From contig JASTWF010000244.1 of assembly GCA_030390025.1 (NCBI GenBank), positions 682,001 to 715,687 of the forward strand: DNA of 33,687 bases, given 5' to 3'. Positions 1-10,900 of the stretch are shown here, one piece after another. Every line of letters begins with the position of its first letter. The stretch's first letter is position 1. Below the pieces are notes generated by a model. The model was not told the DNA's origin and did no database searches. It saw nothing but the letters and a program-made list of their open reading frames with translations. The translations under genes were made by a program, and so were the position numbers. This DNA is from Squalus acanthias. Lineage: Eukaryota.

Positions 1-928
1 ATGTAAGAGTAACATAGGAACAGGAGTAGGCCATTTAGCCCCTCGAACCTGTTCCGCCACTCAATGAGATCATGGCTGATCTGTGACCTAACCCCAAATA
101 TCCACCTTTGCCCAATATCCCTTAATATCTTTGGTTAACAAAAATCTATCAATCTTAGATTTAAAATTAACAATTGACCTAGCATCAATTGCCGTTTGCA
201 GAAGAGAGTTCCAAACTTCTACCACCCTTTGTGTGTAGAAATGTTTCCTAACTTCACTCCTGAAAGACTTGGCTCTAATTTTTAGACTATGCCCCCTAGA
301 CCAAGACTCCCCTACCAGCAGAAACAGTTTCTCTCTTTGCATAGCTGTAGCATAGCTTCTACCCCCTTGTATTCTAGTCCTCTAGATATAAAGGCCAGCG
401 TTCCACTAGCCTTTTTGATTATTTTCTGTACCTGTCCATGACATTTCATGATCTATGTATCTGGACCCCCAAGTCTCTTTGGACCTTCACTGCTTCTAGA
501 TTTTAACCATTTTGAAGGTACTCTGATCTATCCTTTTTAGGTCCAAAGTGGGTGACCTCACATTTGCCTACATTGAAATTCATTTGCCAGATTTTTGCAC
601 ATTCACTTAATCTATTAATATCTCTTTATAATTTTATGCTTCCATCTACACTGCTTAAAATGCTGCCTATCTTTGTGTCATTGGCAAACTTGGATATGTG
701 GCTTTCTATCCCATCATCTAAGTCGTTAATAAGTATGGTGAATAGTTGAGGCCCCAAAACAGATCATTGCGGGACACCACTAGTCATATCCTGCCAAATA
801 GAGGACCTGTCCATTATCCTTACTCTGTCTCCTGCCGCTCAGCCAATTTCCTAATCAGGTCAATAATTTGCCTTCAGTTCCAAGAGCTTCAACTTTAGCT
901 AACAGTCTCTTATGAGGGATTTTATCAT
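1..928 (-). mobile_element. CR1 LINE 3' portion (degenerate RT C-terminus, 3' UTR and tail), internally deleted
   Basis: Minus ORF 88-342 has the CR1 ORF2 C-terminal motifs (RGHSLK, FYTQRVVEVWNSL, FKSKIDRFL). An FDKIPHKR-like RT motif lies near 905-928. The 3' UTR is homologous to 12050-12140. Confidence 0.9.
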
Positions 929-1345
929 AATATATAAGATCTGGTACAAATCAGGAATTGGTCAAAATCCGGATATTATTACAAAAACAAAACTCAAGAT
1001 TATAATTCAAGCACAAATAGTGTTTAGGAACACACAAAATAAGAACCATTACATCCAGTTCCATTCTTATTATAGCCAGTGGTGAGATTCCACCTCAATG
1101 AGATGGGAACTTCCAGGTTGCCTCTTTATATTCTTATATTACACTGACATTGACTATATTTGAAAGCAATAAAATTTGAGTCGATTTAGACTATATTAAA
1201 CTCGGATACACTTGCCTCTTTGAATTTGGAGAATGGAAACTTTCTTCTTTAAATCTAAAGCCTATGTTTACCTGAAGGATGTACTACTTGAGATCTAGAT
1301 GGAAAAGTGAAAAATATTGTGTGATACAAATAGCTAATGGCTTAC

Positions 1346-1450
1346 CTGCTTCATTTTCTGATACTTCTAGCTCAGCAAATGTCTCTGTTGTATAGCCAGG
1401 TGATTCATTGTACATAAATGCTTTTGTTTCTTCATCACCTGCATTGTAGT
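1346..1450 (-). CDS. NCR3LG1: B7-H6/NCR3LG1-like gene, cytoplasmic-tail exon (D)YNAGDEETKAFMYNESPGYTTETFAELEVSENEA(G)
   Basis: 105-nt open exon with acceptor ctttctttctag| and donor GCAG|gtaagc. Phase 1-1 and in frame with the TM exon; non-repetitive sequence. Linkage to the gene is inferred. Confidence 0.65.
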
Positions 1451-1456
1451 CTAGAA

Positions 1457-1856
1457 AGAAAGAAAGAAAGACTTGCATTTATATAGCGGCTTTCATGACC
1501 ACTGGACGTCCCAAAGTGTTTTACAGCCAATGGAAGACTCTTCTGAAGTGTAGTCACAGTTGTAATGTAGGAAACACGGCAGCCAATTTGTGCACAGCAA
1601 GCTCTCACAAACAGCAATGTGTTATCTGTTTTAGTGATGTTGGTTGAGGGATAAATATTGGCCAGTACACCGGGGATAACTCCCCTGCTCTTCTTCGAAA
1701 TAGTGCCATGGGATCTTTTACATGCACCTGAGAGAGCAGACGGGGCCTCAGTTTAACATCTCATCCGAAAGACGACACCTGCGACAGTGCAGCACTCCCT
1801 CAGTACTGCACTGGAGTGTCAGCCTAGATTTCTGTGCTTAAATCTCTGGAGTGGGA
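1457..1856 (-). mobile_element. Deu-domain SINE (SacSINE1/AmnSINE1-like), 5'-truncated at the tRNA B box
   Basis: Minus strand has the Deu-core-like GGTGTCGTCTTTCGGATGAGATGTTAAACTGAGG, an L2-type 3' end (GCTATATAAATGCAAGT) and a (CTTT)n tail. It is flanked by the direct repeat CTAGAA (1451-1456 and 1857-1862). Confidence 0.8.
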
Positions 1857-2036
1857 CTAGAATAGAATATAAATGTCAAGAGTTCAAGAAATTAAACATT
1901 TCATAATTTAATAAAGAATTAACTGTTAACTTACATAATCTATATATTATTAAAATTGGTATGTCCTGGCATCTTTCTATTCAAAAAACCTTTGTCAACA
2001 GTACATATGAGGTTTGCAATGTTAATTGTGTCCACA

Positions 2037-2464
2037 TTTTTTTAATTCATTCACAGGATGTGGACGTCGCCGGCAAGGCCAGCGTTTATTGCCCATCCCT
2101 AATCGCTCTCGAGAAGGTGGTGGTGAGCTGCCTTCTTGAATACAACTGAGTGACTTGCTGGGCCATTTCAGAGGGCAGTTAAGAGTCAACCACATTGCTG
2201 TGGGTCTGGAGTCACATATAGGCCAGACCAGCTAAGGACGACAGATTTCCTTCCCTAAAGGACATTAGTGAACCAGTAGGGTTTTTACGACAATCTGGTA
2301 GTTTCATGGTCACCATTACTGATATTAGCTTTTTATTCCTGTTTTATTTAATTGAATTTAAATTCCCCAGCTGCTGTGGTGAGTTTGAACTCATGTCTCT
2401 GGATCATTAGTCCAGGCCTCTGGATTACTAGTCCAGTGACATAACTACTATGCTACCGTACCCG
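2037..2464 (-). mobile_element. tRNA-derived SINE sharing its 3' tail with the LINE at 9540-10133
   Basis: Minus strand has an A-box-like TAGCATAGTAG and a B-box-like GAGTTCAAA. Its 3' end (TTCAAGAAGGCAGCTCACCACCACCTTCTC...GATGGGCAATAAACGCTGGCCTTGCC...A-tail) matches 10030-10133. Confidence 0.8.
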
Positions 2465-2581
2465 ATCTGGTGGTGCAGTAATGTTTTTGATAAGATTTTC
2501 CCTTAATATATCAGCCTGTGATGCTAAAAATCGAAGACGTGCTTCCAGTCTACATATAGTTGCAGGTGTTGACCACTGGGT

Positions 2582-3870
2582 GGGTCGATTTTGAGTGCCT
2601 TGGCCTGACGTTAATGGGGTGGTAATGGCCTCAAAATGTGGTTGGTAGCCTTACCGTCTCATTAACACGGACGATGCGGACAGCTCCATTTTAAAAGGGG
2701 CCTTCAAGCAGGTGTCCAAAGCGTTCACCTGATTCAGGTGATAGACCCCTTCTAATATAGAAATTGAGGTCCTACGACATAAAATTGCAATTTTAGGTTG
2801 GAGACAATCAGATCCATGGGTGATGGGAGAGAAGAGGCTTAAAGGTAAGTATTCAGCACAAACACAAATGGCTCAGCATGCATAAAACTCCAGCTTTGTA
2901 CAGGGGGTCAACACTGCAAGAGAGGTGCTCTACCCACAGGGTCCAGGAGGCCCGCTAGAAAGAACGATGTGGGACCAAATCACCGAGGCCGTCACTGCTA
3001 GCGGTGTCGCCCACAGCACCTGGCGCCAGTGCCCAAAAAAGCTTCATGACCTCAGACCACTGGTCAAGATCAGTGAATGCAACTTCAATAGTCATCTCCT
3101 ACTAACTGCATCACTAGCCTCACCCACTGCTCAATGCACGACTCCCCCTCCAATCATCCACCTACCAACAATCTGTACCAATCACGAGGCACATCTCCCA
3201 TTCCTAGCCTCACCTCACCCCCTTGGAGGAGACGGTGCAGGCCATTATTGGCAGGAGCATGGCTGAGCCCTTTGGCCAGCTGCGGGGCTGAAAGGATACA
3301 AGATGCTGCTTTCCTCATACATTATCCTCCTTCTGCCATGCACCTCTTGCTTTCCCACCCTCCCCTCACCACAACTCCACCCTTGTGCCTTCCTCATTTC
3401 GCACACCCAAGAATTGCAGCCTGCCCAGCCAGTGGTTGACCAAGAAGAGGGAGAGGAGAGTGAAGAAGATGAAGAAGAAGATGATAGATTTGACACTCCC
3501 AGCCACCAGCTCCTCATGGTCAACTAGCAACACCATTTGCAGTGTCCCCAACTGAAAGTCAGCAGTTTTCCATGAGCCATGCTGCAGCCACTGGGGTAGC
3601 ACTGCATGACATCAGTAGCATAGGCAAAGACAGTCACTAAGAGAATGCATAAGGGTGATTAGTTGATTTCTTGATGTCATATTGGATGGATAGATGTATA
3701 AAGTTGGATTGGAAAGTTTGCTTTGTGGTGGCTTTTATTTCAGCATCGTGGCCAAGAGAACACTGTGATGGTCAGTAACAGAGGGAAGGTAAGGTATGGG
3801 ATTAATGTTGAAAGGGGAATTGGGGTTGTGGTCACTGTTGGTACCGCAGGAGGATGATTCCATTCCATCC
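2582..3870 (+). mobile_element. Decayed PIF/Harbinger DNA transposon remnant (left end plus Myb/SANT-like ORF); right end missing
   Basis: Starts GGGTCGATTTT, like the Harbinger-type TIRs elsewhere in the window, and contains a degenerate Myb/SANT ORF and an acidic segment. The right boundary is approximate. Confidence 0.6.
2868..3070 (+). pseudogene. Myb/SANT-like (trihelix) DNA-binding domain pseudogene of a Harbinger element
   Basis: Translation ...REVLYPQ...MWDQITEAVTASGVAHSTWRQCPKKLHDL fits the W..I...V......(R)T..QC.KK..DL pattern. There is an early in-frame stop. Confidence 0.7.
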
Positions 3871-4135
3871 CAGATGCACGGAGTAAACGGAGTGCACGTA
3901 AACAGAGTGTTTTATTTGGGAATTTGGAAAGAGTGGGAATTCGGAGAAGAGGGGGAAGGAGTTGTTGCTTTTTGCCTACACTACTTGTAGTGCATTGTGT
4001 TACAGGTAGATATTGAATTTCATTGCCCATAACTTAATCTAGATCAATTAAGTAGTCAAGAAACTAAACTGACAACTAAGTTACTTAAATACAAATTTAA
4101 TTTAATTTAATTAAATAGAACAAGGTCATATAGGG

Positions 4136-5087
4136 ATGGCAGTGCAGGTGATGTGCCGCAACTGCAGCATGTGGGAGTTTGTGGAGAGCATTGTGATCCC
4201 AGACAAGCACAGTAAGTGCCTGCATCTTGAGGAACTTCAGCTCAGAGTTGTTGAGCTGGAGTCTGAGGTGCAGACATTGCGGGGCATCAGGGATGGGGAG
4301 AGTTGCCTGAACACTTTGATCCAGGAGGCAGTCACACCCCTTAGGTTAAGTAGTGGTACAGGGCTGGTTAGTGGTCAGGGACAGGAGGGTATGGCTACAA
4401 CTCAGGCAGGTAAGGGGACCCCAGGTGAAGTGCTGGAGGAGCCTCAGCCTTTGCCCTTATCCAACAGGTATGAGGCTCTTGCTGCCTGTGTGGATGAGGG
4501 AAAAGCCTGCAGGATGGATGAGCAAGCTGACCATGGTACCGTGGCGCAGGAGGCCATTCAAGTGGGGGGAGTGAAAGGGAATGTAGTTGTGGTAGGGGAC
4601 AGTATAGTCAGAGGGATAGATACTGTTCCCTACAGCTGCGTCCGGAAGTTCCGAAGGTTGTGTTGTCTGCCCGGTGCCAGGGTTAAAGACATCCCCTCAC
4701 GGCTGGAGAAGAACTTGGAGTGGGAAGGGGAGGATTCAGTTGTCGTTGTCCACGTAGGAACCAACGACATAGGTAGAACTAGAGATGAGGTTCTGCTGAG
4801 AGAGTTTGAGGAGCTAGGATCCAAATTAAAAAGCAGACGCTCAAAGGTAATAATCTCAGGATTGTTACCTGAGCCACGGCCAATTGGCATAAGGACAAAC
4901 AGATTAGAGGTTTAAATGCGAGGCTCAAAGAGTGGTGTGGGAGACAAGGGTTTTGCTTCACGGGGCACTGGCACCAGTACTGGGGAAAGAGGGAGCTGTT
5001 CTGTTGGAATGGGGTCCACTTAAACCGGGCTGGAACCAGTGTCCTGGCCAACCGAATAACTAGGGCAGTAGGCAGGGCTTTAAACTA
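4136..5087 (+). pseudogene. CR1 ORF1 (Cys-rich/coiled-coil N-terminus plus SGNH/GDSL esterase-like domain), one frameshift near 4880
   Basis: CRNC, VVVVGDSIVRG and VVVHVGTND in ORF 4136-4915; NGVHLN continues in another frame to a stop near 5087. Confidence 0.85.
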
Positions 5088-5341
5088 ATGAAGATGGGGG
5101 GGGGGAGATGGGAGAATTCAGGAAAGAGTAAATTTAAAAGCAGCAAGAGAAATGTCAAGGCTCTAGAGCAGGGCAGAGTTATGGGTAAAAATAAGAAGAG
5201 TGGGTCAGGAAGGGACAGAGAGAGTAACAAAGGTAATAGGGCGTCAGTGACTAAGGTGACATCAGGAAAAAATAGAAAAAAGTCAAAGCTAAAGGCATTA
5301 TATCTGAATGCGTGAAACATTCGCAACAAAATAGATGAATT

Positions 5342-6724
5342 TGTAAGAATAAGCCATTTGCTGTAAATATTGCTGTAACTTGACCAAAACTGAAAACAAA
5401 CTTGACCACATTTTGGTATACCAGCATGCTTCGGGAAGTTGAGGGGCTCCTGTGACAACAGACTATTGAACTGTGGAAACATCTTCAGACTTTGGAATGT
5501 AATCTTGAAGGCCCATGGATGCCTAACTGACTAGTGATAAGAGGGTCTGAGAAACAACTGATGACCATTATGCCGTATAGTTAGGGACACGTACGCAGTG
5601 GGAGGGTTGCCATATTTGGGGGTATAACAGGTGCTGTTTCAAGACACTCATTGCTGCAGTTGGGATGGGCGACCTGGTCAGTTGCCAGAAATCATACATC
5701 TAGTCACAGTCGAATTGACCAATCATTGGTGTTAGTACGTATGTGGTTTTGTTTTGCTTGAGCATAAAGTAAAGGGATAGCTCTGTGTATGTTTAGGTAT
5801 AATTGGGAATTATTATACGTTACAAGACTATCGGATTACTTGTAATCTCTTGCTGATGTTTAAGTAAAAGAAGTTTTCACAGATTCATTGGGGGAAAAAT
5901 TCAGCTGCTTGCGCCTCCCGTTAGCGCCATAAGAGGGCGCTAATGGGGCACAAAGCAGCTAACGCCCGGGCGCAGCGCCGCCCACGCCTCCCGCAAAATT
6001 CAGCGGGAGGTTAGCGGCGGTGCCAGCCGGTAGTGCCCTGTGGTGCTGCGCCGCCGGCGATGACGTCATCGCCGTGCACAGCACCCCGCTCGCGCTCCAG
6101 CCGCGATCTTCGGTCGCGCCCCCTGACTTACCGCCAGACGCTATGTCCGACGGGTTCAGGGGGGCGTACGTGCGGCCGGGGCGGCGATATTTAAAGGGGA
6201 GGTGGCAGGCGGCCATTTTTGTTGCTGGCCGCCTGCCAGCACCTGCCCCCGTTGCTGTCCCCGGCCCCCGTGAAGCCCCCCCACCGTGAAGTGCCGGCTG
6301 CGCTCCAAGAGCCCGGCACTTCTCTTGAGTGCCGGGCTCTTTTGCCGTCACTCCCGATCCCTGGGGGCCCAGCTGGGCCCCGGTTCGTGCTGCGCAGGGC
6401 CCCTCCCCTTTAAGAAGGGGAGGAAGGCCTGCAGTACCGCGGTGCGACGTGCCGTAGCGCCAGGATATTCCCTCGCAGCGCCCCAAGAGGGATGCAGGGT
6501 GCTTCCAGTAGCGCCCCGCTTCCCTCTTGGGGCGCAACCACTCAAGTTCCGGCGCGGGGGCGCTAATTTTTTCGGGGCGCTAAACGTAGCGCCCCGTCGA
6601 GGTTAGCGCCCCAAATGGGGCGCGACTCAATTTTTAGCCCATTGGGTTTTGTGTTGTCTGCTCGACGGGTCTGAACTTTGGAAACTGTTTGACGGGGCGA
6701 GGGGCAATTTCCGCACCTCTTACA
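5342..6724. mobile_element. Solo LTR (~630 bp without the nested MITE) inserted in the CR1 endonuclease
   Basis: Perfect 7-bp inverted termini TGTAAGA...TCTTACA with flanks AATT/GATT (4-bp TSD, 1 mismatch). Removing it restores the CR1 reading NKIDELIAEIE. Confidence 0.75.
5890..6640. mobile_element. GC-rich Harbinger-type MITE (family A, copy 1) nested in the solo LTR
   Basis: TIRs GGGGGAAAAATT / AATTTTTAGCCC with a 3-bp TSD ATT on both sides. Many TAGCGCC motifs; homologous to 22469-23226. Confidence 0.8.
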
Positions 6725-6782
6725 GATTAATAGCAGAGATAGAAATTAATAGATTTGATCTAATAGCCATTACGGAGATGTG

Positions 6783-7610
6783 GGGGGCAATTTTACCAGC
6801 CCTGGGGAGGTGGGTATGGAGGCAGGACTGCCGGGGAAATGGCAGAATTCGGGGGCAGGTGCCCAACCCGCACCCAGCCAGCCTCCAAGCCATCTTCCCA
6901 GGAGGTGGGTAGCCGTCCCGCGCCGGGTCCCATCTCCTTGGAGGCAGGAAGGGACTAAAGCCTATTAACTGCCTGTTAACCGGTAGTTAACAGGCAGAAA
7001 ATAGGATTATCCCCTTTTTGCCCTCACAAGCGCGGGCTTCCCGAAGGCTCCAAAACCCGCCAGCTCAGCGAGGCGAGTACTGGGTCTGTGGGGGTCGGGA
7101 GGGGGGGGGGGTGCAAAAGTGTGGTGTGAAGGTAAGTGATGGGTGCAAGAGTGTAGAGGTGAGTATCTGAGGTAAGTGCAAAGTGTTTTTAAAAGTGTAC
7201 TTACCTTTGTTTCTTCCTGCAGGCTTCAGTCGGTTTGTATGCGGAGACTCTCGGACCTCCGTGTTGCGGATGAGAGATGGCCGTTGCATTCTCATATGCA
7301 ACAACCATCTCATTTCTGTAAAAGAAAGAAGGTTGATGAGGTCTTGTATGCAAGACCTCAGCAAACTTCAGAGAATGTCACTGTTTGACAGCTTCACAGA
7401 GCTGTCAAACGATGACAATTCATCTGTCATACATTGACGTGCTCTGCAACCGGCTTTCCCTTGATTGGCCTGCTAAGCCCACTGGGCAGGTTTACCAAGG
7501 TCAATCAAGGGAAAATAGCGTGGGTTGGCCACAAATCGATGGAGGTGGGACATCGACTGAAAAGCAGCAGTCCCGCCTACAACGCGCCCCCATTCACAAA
7601 ATCGCCCCCC
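6783..7610. mobile_element. Harbinger-type MITE (family B) inserted in the CR1 endonuclease
   Basis: TIRs GGGGGCAATTTT / AAAATCGCCCCC with a 2-3 bp duplication (GT/GTG). Removing it restores CR1 AITE(M/T)WLQSDQG. Confidence 0.8.
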
Positions 7611-9539
7611 GTGGTTGCAAAGTGACCAAGGTTGGGAACTAAATATTGCAGGATACTTAACTTTTAGAAGAGATAGGCAAAATGGAAAAGGAGGAGGGGT
7701 AGCCCTGATAATAAAGGATGGGATAAAGACAGTAGAGAGAAAGGATCTTAGCTCCAAACATCAAGAAGTAGAATCAGTTTGGGTGGAGCTAAGAAACAGC
7801 AAGGGGCAGAAAAAATTGGTGGGAGTTGTTTATAGGCCCCCAAACAATAGTTGTAATGTAGGGCAGAGTATAAATCAGGAAATTAGAGGCACATGTAACA
7901 AAGGTAATACAGTAATCATGGGGGACGTTAATCTACATATAGACTGGGCAAACAAAATTTGCAATAATAGTGTGGAGGACGAATTCATAGAATGTATACA
8001 AGATAGTTTTCTAGATCAGTATGTTGAGGAACCAACTAGGGAACAGGCTATTTTAGACATTGTGCAATGAGAAAGGGTTAATTAATAACCTTGTAGTAAA
8101 GGGGCCCTTAGGGAAGAATGACCATAATATGATAGAATTCTATATTAAGTTTGAAAGTGATTTAGTTAAATCCAAAACTGGGGTCTTAAATCTAAACAAA
8201 GCAAACTATGAAGGTATGAGGGGTGAGTTGGCTAAGGTAGATTGGTGAACTACATTAAAAGGTATGACAGTAGACAAGCAATGGCTCGCATTTAAAGAAT
8301 TAATACATAATTTACAACCAATATACATTTGTTTAAGGCACAGGAAAAGTGGTCCAACTATGGCTAACAAGAGAAGTTAAAGATAGTATTAGATCAAAGG
8401 AAGAGGCTTATAATGTTGCGAAAAGGAGCAGTAAGCCTGACGATTGGGAGAATTTTAGCATTCAGCAAAGGAGGACCAAGAAATCGACAAAGAAAGGGAA
8501 AATAGAATATAAGAGTAAACTAGCGAGAGACATAAAAGCAGACTGTAAAAGCTTCTATAGGTATGTAAAAAGGAAAAGATTAGCGAAAGTAAATGTGGGT
8601 CCCTTACAGTTGAGACAGAAGAAATTATAATGGAGAATAAGGGCAGAGAAATTAAACAAATACTTTGTGCCTGTCTTCACGGAAGAAGACGCAAAAAAAC
8701 TCCCAGAAATAGTGGAGAACCAAGGGTCTAGCGAGAATGAGGAACTGAAAGAAATTAGTATTAGTAAAAAGATAGTACTGGGGAAATTAATGGGACTGAA
8801 AGCCGATAAATCCCCTGGACGTGGTGGCCTACATCTTAGGGTTTTGAAAGAGGTGGCTATAGAGATAGTGATGATGGTTGTCATTTTCCAAAATTTCACT
8901 GATTCGAGAACAGTTCCCGCGGTTGGAAGGTAGCAAATATAACCCCACTATTTAAGAAGAGAGGGAGAGAGAAAATGGGGAACTACAGACCAGTTAGCCC
9001 GACATCAGTAGAAGGGAAAATGCTAGAATCTATTATTAACGACGTGGTAACAGGGCACTTAGAAAATAATAATAGGATTGTGCAGAGTCAACAAGGATTT
9101 ATGAAAGGAAAATCATGTTTGACGAATCTGTTAGAATTTTTTGAGGTTGTAACTAGCAGAATAGATAAGGGGGAACCAGTGGATGTGGTGTATTTGGATT
9201 TTCAGAAGGCATTCCATAAGGTGCCACACAAGAGGTTATTAAACAAAATTAGTGCTCATGGGATTGGGGGTAATATATCAGCATGAATTGAGGATATTGA
9301 GGATCGGTTAACGGACAGAAAACAGAGAGTAGGAATAAATGTGTAATTTTCAGGTTGGCAGGCTCTAACTAGTGGGGTACCGCAAGGAACAATGCTTGGG
9401 TCTCAGTTATTCACAATCTCTTAAATTTCCTACTAGATTTCATACAATCATACAGCACAGAAGGAAGCCATTCGAACCATCATTTCTTTCAATACTATAT
9501 ACCAATTTGTCCCAGCTATATATTCGTCAATTTATGGAG

Positions 9540-10133
9540 AGGTCAGTGGCTGGGTATTCTGCAGAGAGTGACTCACCTCCTGACTCCCCAAAGTCTGTCT
9601 ACCACCTACAAAGCAGAAGTCAAGAATGTTATGGAACACTCTCCACTTGTCTGCATGGGTGCAGCTGCAACAACACTCAAGAAGCTAGACACAATCCAGG
9701 ACAAAGCTGTCCACTTGATCAGAAGCCATTCATCATCTTAAACATCCATTCCCTTCATTACCAGTGTACGGTGACTGCATTATGTACTATCTACAGGATG
9801 CAGTGCAGTAACTCACCAAGGCTACTTCGACAGGACCTCCTAAACCCATGCTCTCCACCACCTAGAAGGCCAAGAGCAGCAGGCGCATCGCCTCCATGTT
9901 CCCCATCCGAGTCACAAACCACCATGACTTGGAAATATATCATCGTTACTTCATCATCGTTGGGTAAAAATTATGGAGCACACTACCCAACAGCATTGTG
10001 GGAGTACTTTCACCACATGAACTGCAGGGGTTCAAGAAGTAGGCTCACGACTACCTTCTCAAGGGCAGCTTGGAATGGGCAATAAGTGCTGGCCTTGCTA
10101 ACGACTCCCATAACCCAAGAATGAACTAAAAAA
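9540..10133 (+). mobile_element. 3' fragment of a CR1/L2-group LINE (different family from the flanking CR1s)
   Basis: Degenerate RT C-terminal coding sequence ending in GGGCAATAAGTGCTGGCCTTG and an A-rich tail. It shares its tail with the SINE at 2037-2464. Confidence 0.7.
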
Positions 10134-10188
10134 AGAGAAATTATTAACAGATTCAATCACTTATTTATAAGATTAAGAAGTAGCTTAC

Positions 10189-10290
10189 CTTTTCGATGGT
10201 TTCTCCAAATGTAAATGCCAAAGCCAAGTGCTATACATATTAGCACCACAACACAGATTATAGCTGCAACATGTGAACGGGCCCCAGATC
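10189..10290 (-). CDS. NCR3LG1: B7-H6/NCR3LG1-like gene, transmembrane exon (G)SGARSHVAAIICVVVLICIALGFGIYIWRNHRK
   Basis: 102 nt with acceptor taatttacag| and donor AAAG|gtaagc, phase 1-1. About 21 hydrophobic residues followed by the basic stop-transfer RNHRK. Confidence 0.85.
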
Positions 10291-10559
10291 CTGTAAATTA
10301 TAAGAGTATAAAAACAAATAGCTATTTGAAAATCTATAACAATGAATTGGCTCAAAGTGTAAGGAGAACTGATAATGATCCATGATATTGAACACAGTGT
10401 TCATGCAGATTTGATGTTAACACTCAGTTCCTCAGAACAAGAGTAAGAGCTTAAAAAACAAACGATACGGTTCAAAACTGAATATGAGCAATAAAAAGTA
10501 AATACTGTAAATGATTACTTCCTCCAAGTATTCATAAGGGAAGACAGGAGCAATATGCC

Positions 10560-10900
10560 CTTCCCAAACAAAGATATTCCAAGTAAAATCAATTACTTAG
10601 GTATAAATGAGATGGAAGTCTTATAAATGTTAGAAGTACTCAAAAGAGATAAATGATATTTACCCCAGAGTGCTGTGAAAGACTAGGGAGGAGATTTGTA
10701 AGGCACTAACAATCATTATGAGGAAGTCCATGGAATCTGGGAAGCTACCAGAAGATTGAAACAGACTAATAAGGTGCCCATAACCAAAAAGGGTGACAAA
10801 ACAGACACAGGCAACTATGGGCCCATCAGCCTTACTTTAATTGTGTGTAAACTAATGGAATTGATTATTAGGAGCAAACCTGAGGATTAACTGTACCATA
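10560..10900 (+). mobile_element. Old, diverged CR1 ORF2 fragment
   Basis: Degenerate YPRVL...LPED*...KKGDKTDTGNYGPISL matches the region before the RT core. Confidence 0.65.

Larger units (their letters stand above)
3885..9419 (+). mobile_element. CR1 LINE with 5' UTR, ORF1 and ORF2 (APE endonuclease plus partial RT); interrupted by nested insertions and 3'-truncated
   Basis: ORF1 esterase is followed by ORF2 motifs (LYLNA*NIRNKIDEL / LIAITE / GGGVAL / GVVYRPPN / GDVN / DHN / NYRPVS / VYLDFQKAF) across many frameshifts. It ends abruptly just after the GVPQG motif. The 5' boundary is approximate. Confidence 0.9.

Noticed and set aside
2380-2464. tRNA gene
   Set aside because: The A/B boxes are the head of a SINE; no convincing cloverleaf, and it continues into SINE body and LINE-derived tail.
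5959-6606. GC-rich ORFs on both strands
   Set aside because: They lie within a TIR/TSD-bounded MITE; low-complexity translations with no domain motifs.
9372-10085. 237-aa ORF
   Set aside because: Chimeric read-through across a CR1 end and a decayed LINE, with no coherent domain.
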